Positions 28,737 through 38,613 of a DNA stretch of 64,000 bases are shown here, piece by piece. This DNA is from Actinocorallia populi. Its GTDB lineage: Bacteria > Actinomycetota > Actinomycetes > Streptosporangiales > Streptosporangiaceae. Where the stretch lies: positions 106,888-170,887 of the forward strand of contig NZ_PVZV01000009.1 in the NCBI RefSeq assembly GCF_002995495.1. The letters run 5' to 3'. Position 1 is the stretch's first letter. Each line of letters begins with the position of its first letter. The notes below the pieces were generated by a model that was not told where the DNA came from, searched no databases, and was given only the letters and a program-made list of their open reading frames with translations. Made by a program: the position numbers and the translations under genes.

Positions 28737-30377
28737 GTGAGCGCGACGATCGTGGTGAAGGCCCTGGCCGCAGGTTACGGCGAGCGGGTGCTGTTCGAGG
28801 GACTGGATCTGGTGATCGCCCCCGGCGACGTGATCGGGCTGGTCGGTCCGAACGGCGCGGGGAAGTCCACCTTCCTGAAGGTCCTGGCGGGGCTGCTCGA
28901 GCCCGAGGAGGGCGGCGTCCGGGTCAATCCGGCCGACGCGGTGGTGGGGTACCTCCCGCAGGAGACGGAGCGGCGGCCCGGTGAGACCGTGCGGGGCTTC
29001 CTGGGGCGGCGGACGGGCGTGGCCGAGGCGCAGCGGGCGTTCGACCTGGCCGCCGAGCGGCTCGGCGAGGGGGCGCCCGGCGCGGACGAGGAGTACTCCA
29101 CGGCGCTGGAGCGCTGGCTGGCGCTGGGCGGGGCGGACCTCGACGAGCGCGCCGAGGAGGTCGCCGCCGACCTGGGGCTGGAGGTCGGCCTCGACCAGGA
29201 GATGACCTCGCTCTCGGGAGGGCAGGCGGCCCGCGCCGGGCTGGCGAGCCTGCTGCTCAGCCGCTACGACGTCTTCCTGCTGGACGAGCCCACCAACAAC
29301 CTCGACCTGGACGGCCTGGACAGGCTGGAGCGCTTCGTCAAGGGCCTGCGCGCGGCGACCGTCCTGGTCAGCCACGACCGCGAGTTCCTGGCCCGCACCG
29401 TCGACCGGATCGTCGAGCTCGACCTGCCGCAGCAGCGGGTCAACGTCTACGGCGGCGGCTACGAGGCCTACCTGGCCGAGCGGGAGATCGCCCGGCAGCA
29501 CGCCAGGGCGGAGTACGACGAGTACGCCGAGAAGATCGACTCCCTGAAGGAGCGGGCGCGCACCCAGCGGGCGTGGATGGAGAAGGGCGTGCGGAACGCC
29601 CGCCGCAAGGCCCCCGACAACGACAAGAACATCAGGCACTTCCGCGGGGAGACGAGCGAGAAGCAGGCGGCCAAGGCGCGCCAGACGGAACGCGTGATCG
29701 AGCGCCTGGAGGAGGTGGCCGAGCCGCGCAAGGAGTGGGAGCTGCGCATGGAGATCGCCGCGGCCCCCCGGTCGGGCGCCGTGACGGCGACGATGCGCCA
29801 GGTCGTGGTGCGGCTCGGCGACTTCACGCTCGGCCCGGTGAACCTGGAGATCGGCTGGGCGGAGAAGGTCGCGATCACCGGCCCCAACGGCGCGGGCAAG
29901 TCCACCCTGCTCGCCGCGCTCCTGGGCCGGATCGAGCCGGACGAGGGCACCGTCAGCCGCGGTCCGGGCGTGGTCGTGGGCGAGGTGGACCAGGCCAGGC
30001 GGCTCTTCGAGTCGGACGAGCCGCTGCTGGACGCCTTCCAGCGGCACATCCCCGATCTGACGCCCGCGGACGTCCGCACGTTGCTGGCCAAGTTCGGCCT
30101 CAAGGCCGGGCACGTCATGCGTCCCGCGCTCACCCTGTCGCCGGGGGAGCGCACCCGGGCCGCCCTGGCCCTCCTCCAGGCGCGCGGAGTGAACCTGCTC
30201 GTGCTGGACGAGCCCACCAACCACCTGGATCTCTCCGCGATCGAGCAGCTGGAGTCGGCGCTCGCGCACTACCCGGGGACGCTGCTGCTGGTCACCCACG
30301 ACCGGCGCATGCTGGAGGCGGTGCACACCACCCGGGGGTTCCACGTGGAGCAGGGGCAGGTCACCGAACTCGTCTAA
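28737..30377 (+). CDS. ABC-F family ATPase (two ABC cassettes, no TM domain)
   Basis: Two Walker A sites (GPNGAGKST twice) and two signature motifs (LSGGQAARAGLA, LSPGERTRAALA), with an inter-domain linker of about 65 aa. The 546-aa size is typical of ABC-F translation factors or ARE resistance proteins. Confidence 0.8.
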   Translation: MSATIVVKALAAGYGERVLFEGLDLVIAPGDVIGLVGPNGAGKSTFLKVLAGLLEPEEGGVRVNPADAVVGYLPQETERRPGETVRGFLGRRTGVAEAQRAFDLAAERLGEGAPGADEEYSTALERWLALGGADLDERAEEVAADLGLEVGLDQEMTSLSGGQAARAGLASLLLSRYDVFLLDEPTNNLDLDGLDRLERFVKGLRAATVLVSHDREFLARTVDRIVELDLPQQRVNVYGGGYEAYLAEREIARQHARAEYDEYAEKIDSLKERARTQRAWMEKGVRNARRKAPDNDKNIRHFRGETSEKQAAKARQTERVIERLEEVAEPRKEWELRMEIAAAPRSGAVTATMRQVVVRLGDFTLGPVNLEIGWAEKVAITGPNGAGKSTLLAALLGRIEPDEGTVSRGPGVVVGEVDQARRLFESDEPLLDAFQRHIPDLTPADVRTLLAKFGLKAGHVMRPALTLSPGERTRAALALLQARGVNLLVLDEPTNHLDLSAIEQLESALAHYPGTLLLVTHDRRMLEAVHTTRGFHVEQGQVTELV

Positions 30378-30415
30378 GAATGAACCGAATTGACTAGGTT
30401 CACGTCTGAGGGGGC

Positions 30416-31015
30416 GTGAACGAGTTCCTGGACATCGTGCTCGCCCCGCCGACCGTGGTCTTCACCGTGCTGCTGGTGCTGGTCGTCGGTTACTGGGTGC
30501 TGACCATCCTGGGACTGGACCTGCTGGAGACCGACGTCGACCTGCTCGGCGCGATCGGCCTGCGCGGCCTCCCCTCGTCCGTCGTCATCTCGCTGTTCGT
30601 GGCGTTCACCTGGTTCCTCTGCCTGACCGGCTACGCGTTCCTGGACGAACTTCCCTGGGACGGCGGCCCGCTGGACCTGCTGGTCGCGCCCGTCGCGCTG
30701 ACCGGCGGCTGGCTGGCCACCCGGCTGCTGGTCAACCCGCTGCGGTACCTGCTGCCGGAGCCCAAGGTGCCCTCGCGGGACGACTTCATCGGCCGCATGT
30801 GCGTGATCCGGACGGGCACCGTCACCGCCCACTTCGGCCAGGCCGAGGTGCACTCCGAGGACGGCTCCTCGGCGCTGCTGCAGGTGCGCAAGCCCGGTGA
30901 CGAGGAGCTGACCGCAGGCGACACCGCGCTGATCTTCGAATACGACGCGGAGGGCGAGTTCTTCTGGGTGATGCCCTACGACGCCGCCCTCGACCCCCAC
31001 AAGAAGGGCCTCTGA
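30416..31015 (+). CDS. YqiJ/NfeD-like membrane protein (TM region + C-terminal OB-fold)
   Basis: 199 aa with N-terminal TM helices and a C-terminal beta-rich soluble domain. It is immediately followed (2-nt gap) by a flotillin gene, as in the yqiJK and NfeD-SPFH pairs. Confidence 0.65.
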   Translation: MNEFLDIVLAPPTVVFTVLLVLVVGYWVLTILGLDLLETDVDLLGAIGLRGLPSSVVISLFVAFTWFLCLTGYAFLDELPWDGGPLDLLVAPVALTGGWLATRLLVNPLRYLLPEPKVPSRDDFIGRMCVIRTGTVTAHFGQAEVHSEDGSSALLQVRKPGDEELTAGDTALIFEYDAEGEFFWVMPYDAALDPHKKGL

Positions 31016-31016
31016 G

Positions 31017-32984
31017 TTGGAAACCGTGTCCATCGGCCTGTTGATCCTGGTAGGCGTCGGCCTGCTGGTCCTCATCGGCGTTCTCTTCGTCATCAGCCGG
31101 CTCTTCCGCAAGGTGGAACAGGGCAAGGCCCTGATCATCTCGAAGGTGAAGAAGGTCGACGTGACCTTCACCGGGGCGGTCGTGCTGCCGGTCCTCCACA
31201 AGGCCGAGTTCATGGACATCTCGGTGAAGACCATCGAGATCGCGCGGACCGGGCGTGAAGGGCTGATCTGCCAGGACAACATCCGCGCCGACATCCGCAT
31301 CACGTTCTTCGTCCGGGTGAACAAGACCGTCGAGGACGTCGTGAAGGTCGCCCAGGCGATCGGCACCACGCGCGCCTCGTCCCAGGACACCCTGCAGGAG
31401 CTGTTCAACGCCAAGTTCTCCGAGGCGCTGAAGACCGTCGGCAAGCAGCTCGACTTCGTCGACCTCTACACCAAGCGCAACGAGTTCCGCGACCAGATCA
31501 TCGAGGTCATCGGCACCGACCTCAACGGCTACAGCCTCGAGGACGCGGCGATCGACTACCTGGAGCAGACCCCGGTCGGCCAGCTCGACAGCCGCAACAT
31601 CCTGGACGCCCAGGGCATCCGGAAGATCACCGAGCTCACCGCGATCGAGCACGTGCGCACCAACGAGTTCCAGCGCAGCGAGGAGAAGGAGATCACCCGG
31701 CAGGACGTCGACGCCCGGGAGGCGATCCTGGAGCTGGAGCGCCGCCAGGCCGACGCCGAGATCCGCCAGAAGCGCGAGATCGAGACCGTGCGGGCGCGCG
31801 AGGAGGCCGAGACCGCGCGGGTCGTGGCCGAGGAGCGGCTGCGGGCGCAGGCCGCGGAGCTGCGCACCGAGGAACAGCTGGGCATCCAGGAGGAGAACAA
31901 GGCGCGGGAGATCGGCGTCGCCGAGCTCAACAAGCGCCGGGTGATGGCCATCGAGGCCGAGCGCATCGAGAAGGACCGCCAGCTCGAGGTGATCGCCCGC
32001 GACCGGGCCACCGAACTGTCCAAGATCGCCAAGGACAAGGAGCTCGAGGCCGAGAAGCGCGACATCGCCGAGGTCGTCCGCGAGCGCGTCGCGGTCGAGA
32101 AGACCGTGGTCGAGCAGGAGGAGAACATCAAGCGCCTCCAGGTCGTGGAGGAGGCCGAGCGCAACCGCCAGGCCGTCATCATCGCCGCGGAGGCCGAGGC
32201 CCAGGAGAACCTGGTCAAGGACATCAAGGCGGCCGAGGCCGCCGAGCAGGCGGCCGGGTTCCGGGCCCGCGAGGAGCTGATCCTCGCCGAGGCGCGCCAG
32301 CAGGCCGCCGACCTCGACGCCCGCGCCATGATCCGGCTCGCCGAGGGCCAGCAGGCCGAGGCCGCCGCGGCGGGCCTGGCCGAGGTCCAGGTCCGCGAGC
32401 GCGACGCCGAGGCGATCGAGAAGCAGGGCCGCGCCGAGGCCGTCATCCTGCGGGAGAAGGCGCTGGCCGAGGCCGAGGCGCTGGAGAAGCAGGGCCGCGC
32501 GGAGGCCGTCGCCGAGCGGGAGAAGGGCCTGGCGCTGGCCGAGGCGACCGAGCAGCTGGGTCGCGCCGAGGCGATCGCCGACCGCGAGAAGGCGATGGCA
32601 GGCGCGGACGCGCTGCGCGAGAAGCTCAAGGGCGAGGCCGAGGGCCTCACCGAGAAGGCCGCCGCGATGGCGGCCCTCACCGAGGCCAGCCGCGGCCACG
32701 AGGAGTTCCGCCTCACCCTGGAGGCCGAGCGCGACCTGCGCCTGGCCGGCCTGGAGATGCAGCGCGACATCGCGCAGGCGCAGGCGAGCGTCGTCTCCAA
32801 GGGCCTGGAGAACGCCGACATCAACATCGTCGGCGGCGACAGCGTCTTCTTCGACAAGCTCGTCGGCTCGATCGCGCTCGGCAAGAGCGTGGACGCCGTC
32901 GTCGAGAACGCCCCGCTCACCGGAGAGCTGGTCGCCGGCCTCGTCGGCGACGTCCTCGGACGGGTCAACGGGACGGCCAAGTGA
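31017..32984 (+). CDS. Flotillin-family (SPFH/band-7) protein with long charged coiled-coil tail
   Basis: N-terminal TM helix, SPFH domain (…ISKVKKVDVTFTGAVVLPVLHKAEFMDISVKTIEIAR…) and an extended E/A/R-rich coiled-coil with AEA repeats, 655 aa in total. Confidence 0.85.
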   Translation: METVSIGLLILVGVGLLVLIGVLFVISRLFRKVEQGKALIISKVKKVDVTFTGAVVLPVLHKAEFMDISVKTIEIARTGREGLICQDNIRADIRITFFVRVNKTVEDVVKVAQAIGTTRASSQDTLQELFNAKFSEALKTVGKQLDFVDLYTKRNEFRDQIIEVIGTDLNGYSLEDAAIDYLEQTPVGQLDSRNILDAQGIRKITELTAIEHVRTNEFQRSEEKEITRQDVDAREAILELERRQADAEIRQKREIETVRAREEAETARVVAEERLRAQAAELRTEEQLGIQEENKAREIGVAELNKRRVMAIEAERIEKDRQLEVIARDRATELSKIAKDKELEAEKRDIAEVVRERVAVEKTVVEQEENIKRLQVVEEAERNRQAVIIAAEAEAQENLVKDIKAAEAAEQAAGFRAREELILAEARQQAADLDARAMIRLAEGQQAEAAAAGLAEVQVRERDAEAIEKQGRAEAVILREKALAEAEALEKQGRAEAVAEREKGLALAEATEQLGRAEAIADREKAMAGADALREKLKGEAEGLTEKAAAMAALTEASRGHEEFRLTLEAERDLRLAGLEMQRDIAQAQASVVSKGLENADINIVGGDSVFFDKLVGSIALGKSVDAVVENAPLTGELVAGLVGDVLGRVNGTAK

Positions 32985-35900
32985 GCGAGCTGGACGCCGG
33001 GACCTACGAGGTACTGAGGTCCCGGCTGACGGCGCAGGCCGCCGAGCTCAAGGAGCGCGCCGAGGCGCTGAACGCCTCCCGGCTGGAGGTGTTCGGCGGC
33101 TCGGAGCTCCGCCTCGTCGGCACCGAGCGGATCCGGACGGCCAACAACTGCGTGCCGCGCGACGCCGTCGCGTTCGGCGGGCTGATGCTGTTCGGCTACA
33201 ACGTCTTCATCGGCATGAAGCCGGAGACGACGGTCTCGGACGTGCTCTCGACGCACCGGTTCGTCCATGACGGGGACACCTTCAGCTTCACCGAGGAGAA
33301 GGCCCCGTTCCTGGAGGACCCCGCCTTCGTCAAGGACTTCGGGGACCTCTACCGGTACTACCGGGACACCCGCCTCATGCAGTTGCGGGTCGTGGACGGC
33401 AAGCTCCTGGCGGTCTTCCAGACCGGCACCGACCAGCGCGTCCTGCGCTGGTCGGTCGACGGGAGCTACCTGGACAACCGGGGGGAGCGGGACCACGTGT
33501 TCCCCCCGCCGTTCGACTTCACCTGGACCGAGACGACCCGCGCCGACCACGTGCTCGGCGAGCACCCGCACGTGTCGATCGAGGGGGAGGTGTTCGTCGA
33601 GACCGTCGGCGGCGACCTCACCATCAAGGTCGAGGACAACACGGCGACGGGCGAGGGCATCTACAGCGAGCCCGTCGACGAGCCGCTGCAGTCGCTGGCG
33701 GACGCCGACATCTCCTACGCCCGCGTCGGGGGGCTGATCCTGCTGCGGATCCGCCCCTACAACGAGACGGCCGTGCGGTACCTGGTCTTCAACACGCGGA
33801 CCAAAGAAGTGCTGCGCCTGGACGGCATCGGGCAGGCATGTCGGCGGCTGCCGGAGGACCACGGGATCATCTTCCCCGGCGGCTACTACCTGGAGACGGG
33901 CGCCGCCAAGACCTTCGACACCGTCACCGACGACCTGGAGTACGAGCGGGTCATCCGTTCGGGCAACGGCGAGGACGTGCTGTACGTCTTCCACGCCCGC
34001 GCGGAGGGCCGCTGGCTGCTGCTGCCGTACAACGTGATCCGCAAGGAGGTCGCGACGCCGCTCGTCGGACACGGTTACTCGCTGTTCGACGACGGCACGC
34101 TCATCATCTTCCGTGCGGACTCGGACGAGCCCACCCGCTCGCACCCGATGCAGGTGTGGCAGACGCCGTTCAAGTCCGATGAGAGCGCTCCGGCGGGCAC
34201 CGGGCCACTGGAGAAGATCGGCAACGCGGACCTGGTGCGCGGCATCTCGGACTGCCTTTCGGTGTCCCGCATGGTCGGGGAGATGGCACCGTCCGTGCCG
34301 GTCTTCGAGGCGCTGATAGCGGCTTGCAGCAGGACTTTCGACCACTACCACTGGCTGGGCGAGCACGGCTTGGCCGAGTCCCTGGCGGCCGTGCGGGACA
34401 CCGCGGGGCAGGTTCTGGAGGAGTTCGAGTCCGTCCAGGTCCTCACCACTCAGGCGACGGAGGCGGTCGAGAAGGCCGCCACCGAGATCACCTCGCTGGT
34501 GCGCCGGGTGCGCGGCGAGATGCCCGCCTCTGCGGACGAGTGGGTACGGCAGTTGGCCGCCCTCCGTGCTCAGCAGGGGCACCTGGTGACGCTGCGGGAG
34601 ATGCGTTACGCCGACCTCGAACGGCTCGACGGGCTGGCCGAGGGACTCGCCGAGGACATCGAGGCGGCCGCGCAGCGGGCTGTGGCCTTCCTGGCGCGCC
34701 CGGATGCCTTCGACGGCTACCGCACGACGGTCGAGGCGCTGGTCGAGGAAGCCGCAGGCATCCGCAAGGTGGCCGAGGCCGAGCCGGTGAGGGACAAGCT
34801 CGCCGAGCAGACCGGGGCGCTGGAGACCGTCACCGAAATCGTCGGTTCACTCGACATCGGCGACGCGACCGTGCGCACGGGCATCCTCGCCCGGATCGGT
34901 GAGGTGCTGGGCGGGGTCAACAGAGCCCGCGCCACCCTGGACGGCCGCCGCCGCGAGCTGCTGTCGGCCGAAGGCAGAGCCGCGTTCGCCGCGGAGTTCG
35001 CGCTGCTGGGCCAGGCCATCACCGCCGCGCTGGCCGCAGCCGGCACGCCCGAGCAGTGCGATGAGCAGCTCGGCAAGCTTCTGCTCCAAGTGGAGTCTCT
35101 GGAGTCGCGTTTCACCGAGTTCGACGACTACCTGGCAGAACTGGAGGCCAAGCGCGAGGACGTCTACGAGGCGTTCTCCTCGCGCAAGCAGGCGCTCCTG
35201 GACGAGCGGACGCGCCGCGCGGACCGGCTCGTGGCGTCCGCCGACCGGATTCTGGGCGGTGTGACGCGGCGGGTGGCCGGTCTGTCGTCGCTGGACGAGG
35301 TCAACACCTACTTCGCGACCGATCCGATGGTCGTGAAGCTCCGTGCTACAGCCGAAGAGCTGCGTGAACTGGGCGACCAGATCCGTGCCGAGGAGCTGGA
35401 AGGGCGGATCAAGACCGCCCGCCAAGAGGCCGGACGGTCCCTGCGCGACCGGCTGGACCTCTTCGACGGCGACACCATCAAGCTGGGACGGCACAGATTC
35501 ATCGTCAACACCCAGCCTGCGGAACTCACCCTCGTCCCGTTCGAGGACCGCCTGGCGTTCACCGTCACGGGCACCGACTACCGCAGTCCCGTCCTGGACC
35601 CGGAATTCGAGTCAACGCGCCCGTATTGGTCGCAGTCGCTCATCTCGGAGAGTCGGGAGGTGTACCGGGCGGAGTACCTGGCGGCCATCCTTCTGGACGA
35701 GGTACGCACGACTGACGGTCTGCTGGAGATCGTGCAGAAGGCGGCTGCCGAGCGTTACGACGAGGGTTACGAGCGCGGCGTGCACGACCACGACGCCGCG
35801 GTGATCCTGGAGGTGCTCATCCGGCTGCGGGATGGCGCGGGGCTGCTGCGATACCCGTCTTCCGCACGGTCAGCGGCGCAGATCTTCTGGACGCACGGCA

Positions 35901-37741
35901 CGGACGATCAGAGCCGTAACGCCTGGCGCACACGGGCGGCGTCGCTCTCGCGTGCCCGGGAGCTCTTCGGCACTCCTCCGGCTCTCACCGCGTTGTCCTC
36001 TGAGCTCGCGGAGGCGATCAAAGCCTTCGGGCACGGTGAAGACGCGGCGCTCGCAGGGGAGTATCTCGTCGCGGAACTGGCCTCGCCGGGCTTCATCACG
36101 AGCAAGTCGGCCCGGGATCTGGTGGAAGGCTTCCACCGTGCGCTGGGCTCGCGCCGCAGCGGTTACGACCAGGATCTGCGTGGTCTGAGCGGGCTGCGTG
36201 AGCGGACCCAGCTCGTTTCGGCCTGGCTCGCCGCCTACGCGGCCGCCCAAGGACTGCCGGACGACGACCTTCCCGAGGCCGTGGCGCTGGAACTGTGCCC
36301 GTCTTTGGACCGCCAGGATTCCTCGGCGTCCATCAAGGGCGTCGCGGAAGGACTGCTCGGCACCCACGCGCGCATCACGGACCGCCGGATGGACATCCGT
36401 CTGGACGAGCTGCTGGCACGTGTCGGGAAGTTCCACAAGGAGCGCGTGCCGGGCTTCCGCGCCTACCAGAAGCGGCGTAACGAACTCGTCGAGAAGGAGC
36501 GCGCACGGCTGCGTCTCCACGAGTTCCAGCCCAAGGTGATGTCGGCGTTCGTCCGCAACAGGCTGCTGGACGAGGTCTACCTCCCGTTGATCGGGGACAA
36601 CCTGGCCAAGCAGCTGGGAGCGGCCGGGGACGCCAAGCGCACCGACCAGATGGGCATGCTGCTGCTCATCTCCCCGCCCGGTTACGGCAAGACGACGCTC
36701 ATGGAGTACGTCGCCTCCCGGCTCGGCCTGGTGTTCGTGAAGGTCAACGGTCCCTCGCTGGGCCACCACGTGACCTCGCTCGACCCGGCCGAGGCGCCCG
36801 ACGCGACGTCGCGCCAGGAGGTCGAAAAGATCAACTTCGCGCTGGAGATGGGCGGCAACGTCCTGCTCTACCTGGACGACATCCAGCACACGTCGCCGGA
36901 ACTGCTGCAGAAGTTCATCTCCCTGTGCGACGCGCAGCGCCGGATCGAGGGCGTCTGGAACGGGCTTACCAAGACCTACGACATGCGCGGCAAGCGCTTC
37001 GCGATCTGCATGGCGGGCAACCCGTACACCGAGTCCGGGCAGCGTTTCCGCATCCCGGACATGCTCGCCAACCGGGCGGACGTGTGGAACCTCGGCGACG
37101 TGCTGTCCGGCAGGGAGGCGCTGTTCTCGCTCAGCTACATCGAGAACTCCCTCACCTCCAACCCGGTCCTGGCACCGCTGTCGACCCGGGACAGGAAGGA
37201 CGTGGAGCTGCTCGTCCGCATGGCCTCGGGTGACGAGGACGTGCGGCCGGACCAGCTCTCGCACCCGTACGCGCGGGTGGAGCTCGACCAGATGCTGTCC
37301 GTCCTGCGCAAGCTGCTGCGCATCCAGCGGGTCGTCCTGGCCAACAACCAGGCCTACATCGCCTCGGCCGCGCAGTCCGACGGGAGCCGCACCGAGCCGC
37401 CGTTCCTGCTCCAGGGCAGCTACCGCAACATGAACAAGCTGGCCGAGAAGGTCGTCCCGGTAATGAACGACGTCGAACTCGAAGCGGTCATCGACGACCA
37501 CTACCTGGGCGAGGCGCAGACGCTCACCAGCGGCGCGGAGGCCAACCTGCTGAAGCTCGCCGAGCTGCGCGGCACGCTCACCGACGAGCAGAAGGAGCGC
37601 TGGGGCGACGTCAAGGCCGCCTACCTGCGCACGCTGGCCCTCGGCGGAGCGGAGGACGACCCGGTCACCCGCGCGGTGGGCGCGCTGGGCCTGCTGGCCG
37701 ACCGGCTGGCCGAGATTCAGCGCACCTTGGGCTCCCGGTGA
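32981..37741 (+). CDS. Giant (1586 aa) multidomain protein: N-terminal beta-rich domain, long coiled-coil, C-terminal MoxR/AAA_5-like ATPase
   Basis: Its GTG start overlaps the flotillin stop (GTGA). The C-terminal region carries Walker A SPPGYGKTTL, Walker B VLLYLDDIQH and an MAGNP sensor-like motif. The 450-900 region is coiled-coil. Proteins of this type may carry generic automated names such as DNA repair ATPase; this is from memory and is not evidence of function. Confidence 0.75.
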   Translation: MSELDAGTYEVLRSRLTAQAAELKERAEALNASRLEVFGGSELRLVGTERIRTANNCVPRDAVAFGGLMLFGYNVFIGMKPETTVSDVLSTHRFVHDGDTFSFTEEKAPFLEDPAFVKDFGDLYRYYRDTRLMQLRVVDGKLLAVFQTGTDQRVLRWSVDGSYLDNRGERDHVFPPPFDFTWTETTRADHVLGEHPHVSIEGEVFVETVGGDLTIKVEDNTATGEGIYSEPVDEPLQSLADADISYARVGGLILLRIRPYNETAVRYLVFNTRTKEVLRLDGIGQACRRLPEDHGIIFPGGYYLETGAAKTFDTVTDDLEYERVIRSGNGEDVLYVFHARAEGRWLLLPYNVIRKEVATPLVGHGYSLFDDGTLIIFRADSDEPTRSHPMQVWQTPFKSDESAPAGTGPLEKIGNADLVRGISDCLSVSRMVGEMAPSVPVFEALIAACSRTFDHYHWLGEHGLAESLAAVRDTAGQVLEEFESVQVLTTQATEAVEKAATEITSLVRRVRGEMPASADEWVRQLAALRAQQGHLVTLREMRYADLERLDGLAEGLAEDIEAAAQRAVAFLARPDAFDGYRTTVEALVEEAAGIRKVAEAEPVRDKLAEQTGALETVTEIVGSLDIGDATVRTGILARIGEVLGGVNRARATLDGRRRELLSAEGRAAFAAEFALLGQAITAALAAAGTPEQCDEQLGKLLLQVESLESRFTEFDDYLAELEAKREDVYEAFSSRKQALLDERTRRADRLVASADRILGGVTRRVAGLSSLDEVNTYFATDPMVVKLRATAEELRELGDQIRAEELEGRIKTARQEAGRSLRDRLDLFDGDTIKLGRHRFIVNTQPAELTLVPFEDRLAFTVTGTDYRSPVLDPEFESTRPYWSQSLISESREVYRAEYLAAILLDEVRTTDGLLEIVQKAAAERYDEGYERGVHDHDAAVILEVLIRLRDGAGLLRYPSSARSAAQIFWTHGTDDQSRNAWRTRAASLSRARELFGTPPALTALSSELAEAIKAFGHGEDAALAGEYLVAELASPGFITSKSARDLVEGFHRALGSRRSGYDQDLRGLSGLRERTQLVSAWLAAYAAAQGLPDDDLPEAVALELCPSLDRQDSSASIKGVAEGLLGTHARITDRRMDIRLDELLARVGKFHKERVPGFRAYQKRRNELVEKERARLRLHEFQPKVMSAFVRNRLLDEVYLPLIGDNLAKQLGAAGDAKRTDQMGMLLLISPPGYGKTTLMEYVASRLGLVFVKVNGPSLGHHVTSLDPAEAPDATSRQEVEKINFALEMGGNVLLYLDDIQHTSPELLQKFISLCDAQRRIEGVWNGLTKTYDMRGKRFAICMAGNPYTESGQRFRIPDMLANRADVWNLGDVLSGREALFSLSYIENSLTSNPVLAPLSTRDRKDVELLVRMASGDEDVRPDQLSHPYARVELDQMLSVLRKLLRIQRVVLANNQAYIASAAQSDGSRTEPPFLLQGSYRNMNKLAEKVVPVMNDVELEAVIDDHYLGEAQTLTSGAEANLLKLAELRGTLTDEQKERWGDVKAAYLRTLALGGAEDDPVTRAVGALGLLADRLAEIQRTLGSR

Positions 37742-37788
37742 GACGACTTGTCCAATAAGGTGATGCCCTGAGCTGAAAGGACAAGATC

Positions 37789-38046
37789 ATGGCTGATCTG
37801 CGGAACGCCGGAATCGTGCTCGCCGTCACCGGGCTGGCGCACCTCGTCGCCCCGAAGCCGTTCGAGCTGATCACCCGTCCGCTGTTCCCCGAGGGCACCG
37901 GCGACTGGGTGCAGCGCAACGGCGTGACCGAACTCGCGCTCGGCACGGCCATCGCCGTTCCGCAGACCCGCAAGATCGGCCTGGCGGGCCTGGCCGTCTA
38001 CGTCTCCTGGCTGGGCAAGCGAGGCGTGGACGCCTTCCGCAGGTGA
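37789..38046 (+). CDS. Small hydrophobic membrane protein (DoxX-like?)
   Basis: 85-aa ORF with two predicted TM helices and a plausible RBS (AAGGAcaag). Confidence 0.45.
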   Translation: MADLRNAGIVLAVTGLAHLVAPKPFELITRPLFPEGTGDWVQRNGVTELALGTAIAVPQTRKIGLAGLAVYVSWLGKRGVDAFRR

Positions 38047-38153
38047 CGGTCCGTGCACGAGCCGCCGTGTTCGTGCACGGACCGTCGACGACGGACGCGG
38101 CGTGTTCCCAAACGTTCAAGACTCCGCCGGTCGCCCGACCGCACGATGGGCGG

Positions 38154-38549
38154 ATGACATCGCACACCAGTCTTTCGCCGCGTCTCGTCGTGCCCGACCC
38201 GGACCTGGCTTCGGCGTTCTACCAGGACGTCCTCGGAGCCGAGCAGGTGTTCCGCGCGCCGCAGGGCGACGACGGCCGGCCGGCCATGATCGATCACCGC
38301 GTCGGCGGTTCGTCCTTCCAGCTCTCACCGGCCGTCTCCGCGTGGGGATGGCTCTCGCCCGGTGACCTCGGCGGCTCCGCGGTCCTCCTCGAGATCGTGG
38401 TCGACGACCCGGACGCGGTCGGCGAACGCATGACCGCCCGTGGCGGCGAGGTGGTCGTGCCGATCGAGAACCGGCCCTACGGCAAGCGCTCGGGCCGCGT
38501 CCGCGACCCCTTCGGCCATCTGTGGATCATCACCGGCGAACTTCGCTGA
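38154..38549 (+). CDS. VOC (glyoxalase/bleomycin-resistance fold) family protein
   Basis: 131 aa (…SPRLVVPDPDLASAFYQDVLGAEQ…DPFGHLWIITG). The internal ATG at 38154 is chosen over the longer track ORF. Confidence 0.65.
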   Translation: MTSHTSLSPRLVVPDPDLASAFYQDVLGAEQVFRAPQGDDGRPAMIDHRVGGSSFQLSPAVSAWGWLSPGDLGGSAVLLEIVVDDPDAVGERMTARGGEVVVPIENRPYGKRSGRVRDPFGHLWIITGELR

Positions 38550-38613
38550 GCCGGTCCGCGGCCCGTCCGCCGTTCGACGGCGAGCCGCTCCGCGCATCCC
38601 GGAAGGTCTCGGG

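Noticed and set aside
26868-30344. 1158-aa minus-strand ORF antisense to the HK and ABC-F genes
   Set aside because: Classic long antisense ORF in GC-rich DNA. No motifs and extreme Arg/Gly/Pro bias.
30374-34582. Minus-strand ORFs 30374..31444, 30822..32699 and 31556..34582 antisense to the flotillin operon
   Set aside because: Antisense to genes with clear SPFH and AAA motifs. Leu/Gly/Asp/Arg low complexity.
35870-37501. 543-aa minus ORF antisense to the 3' half of the giant ATPase gene
   Set aside because: Antisense artefact.
26663-38600. Possibility that the region downstream of tRNA-Lys is a second integrated island
   Set aside because: GC content is uniform and there is no integrase, transposase or visible direct repeat of the tRNA-Lys 3' end. 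Treated as core genome.
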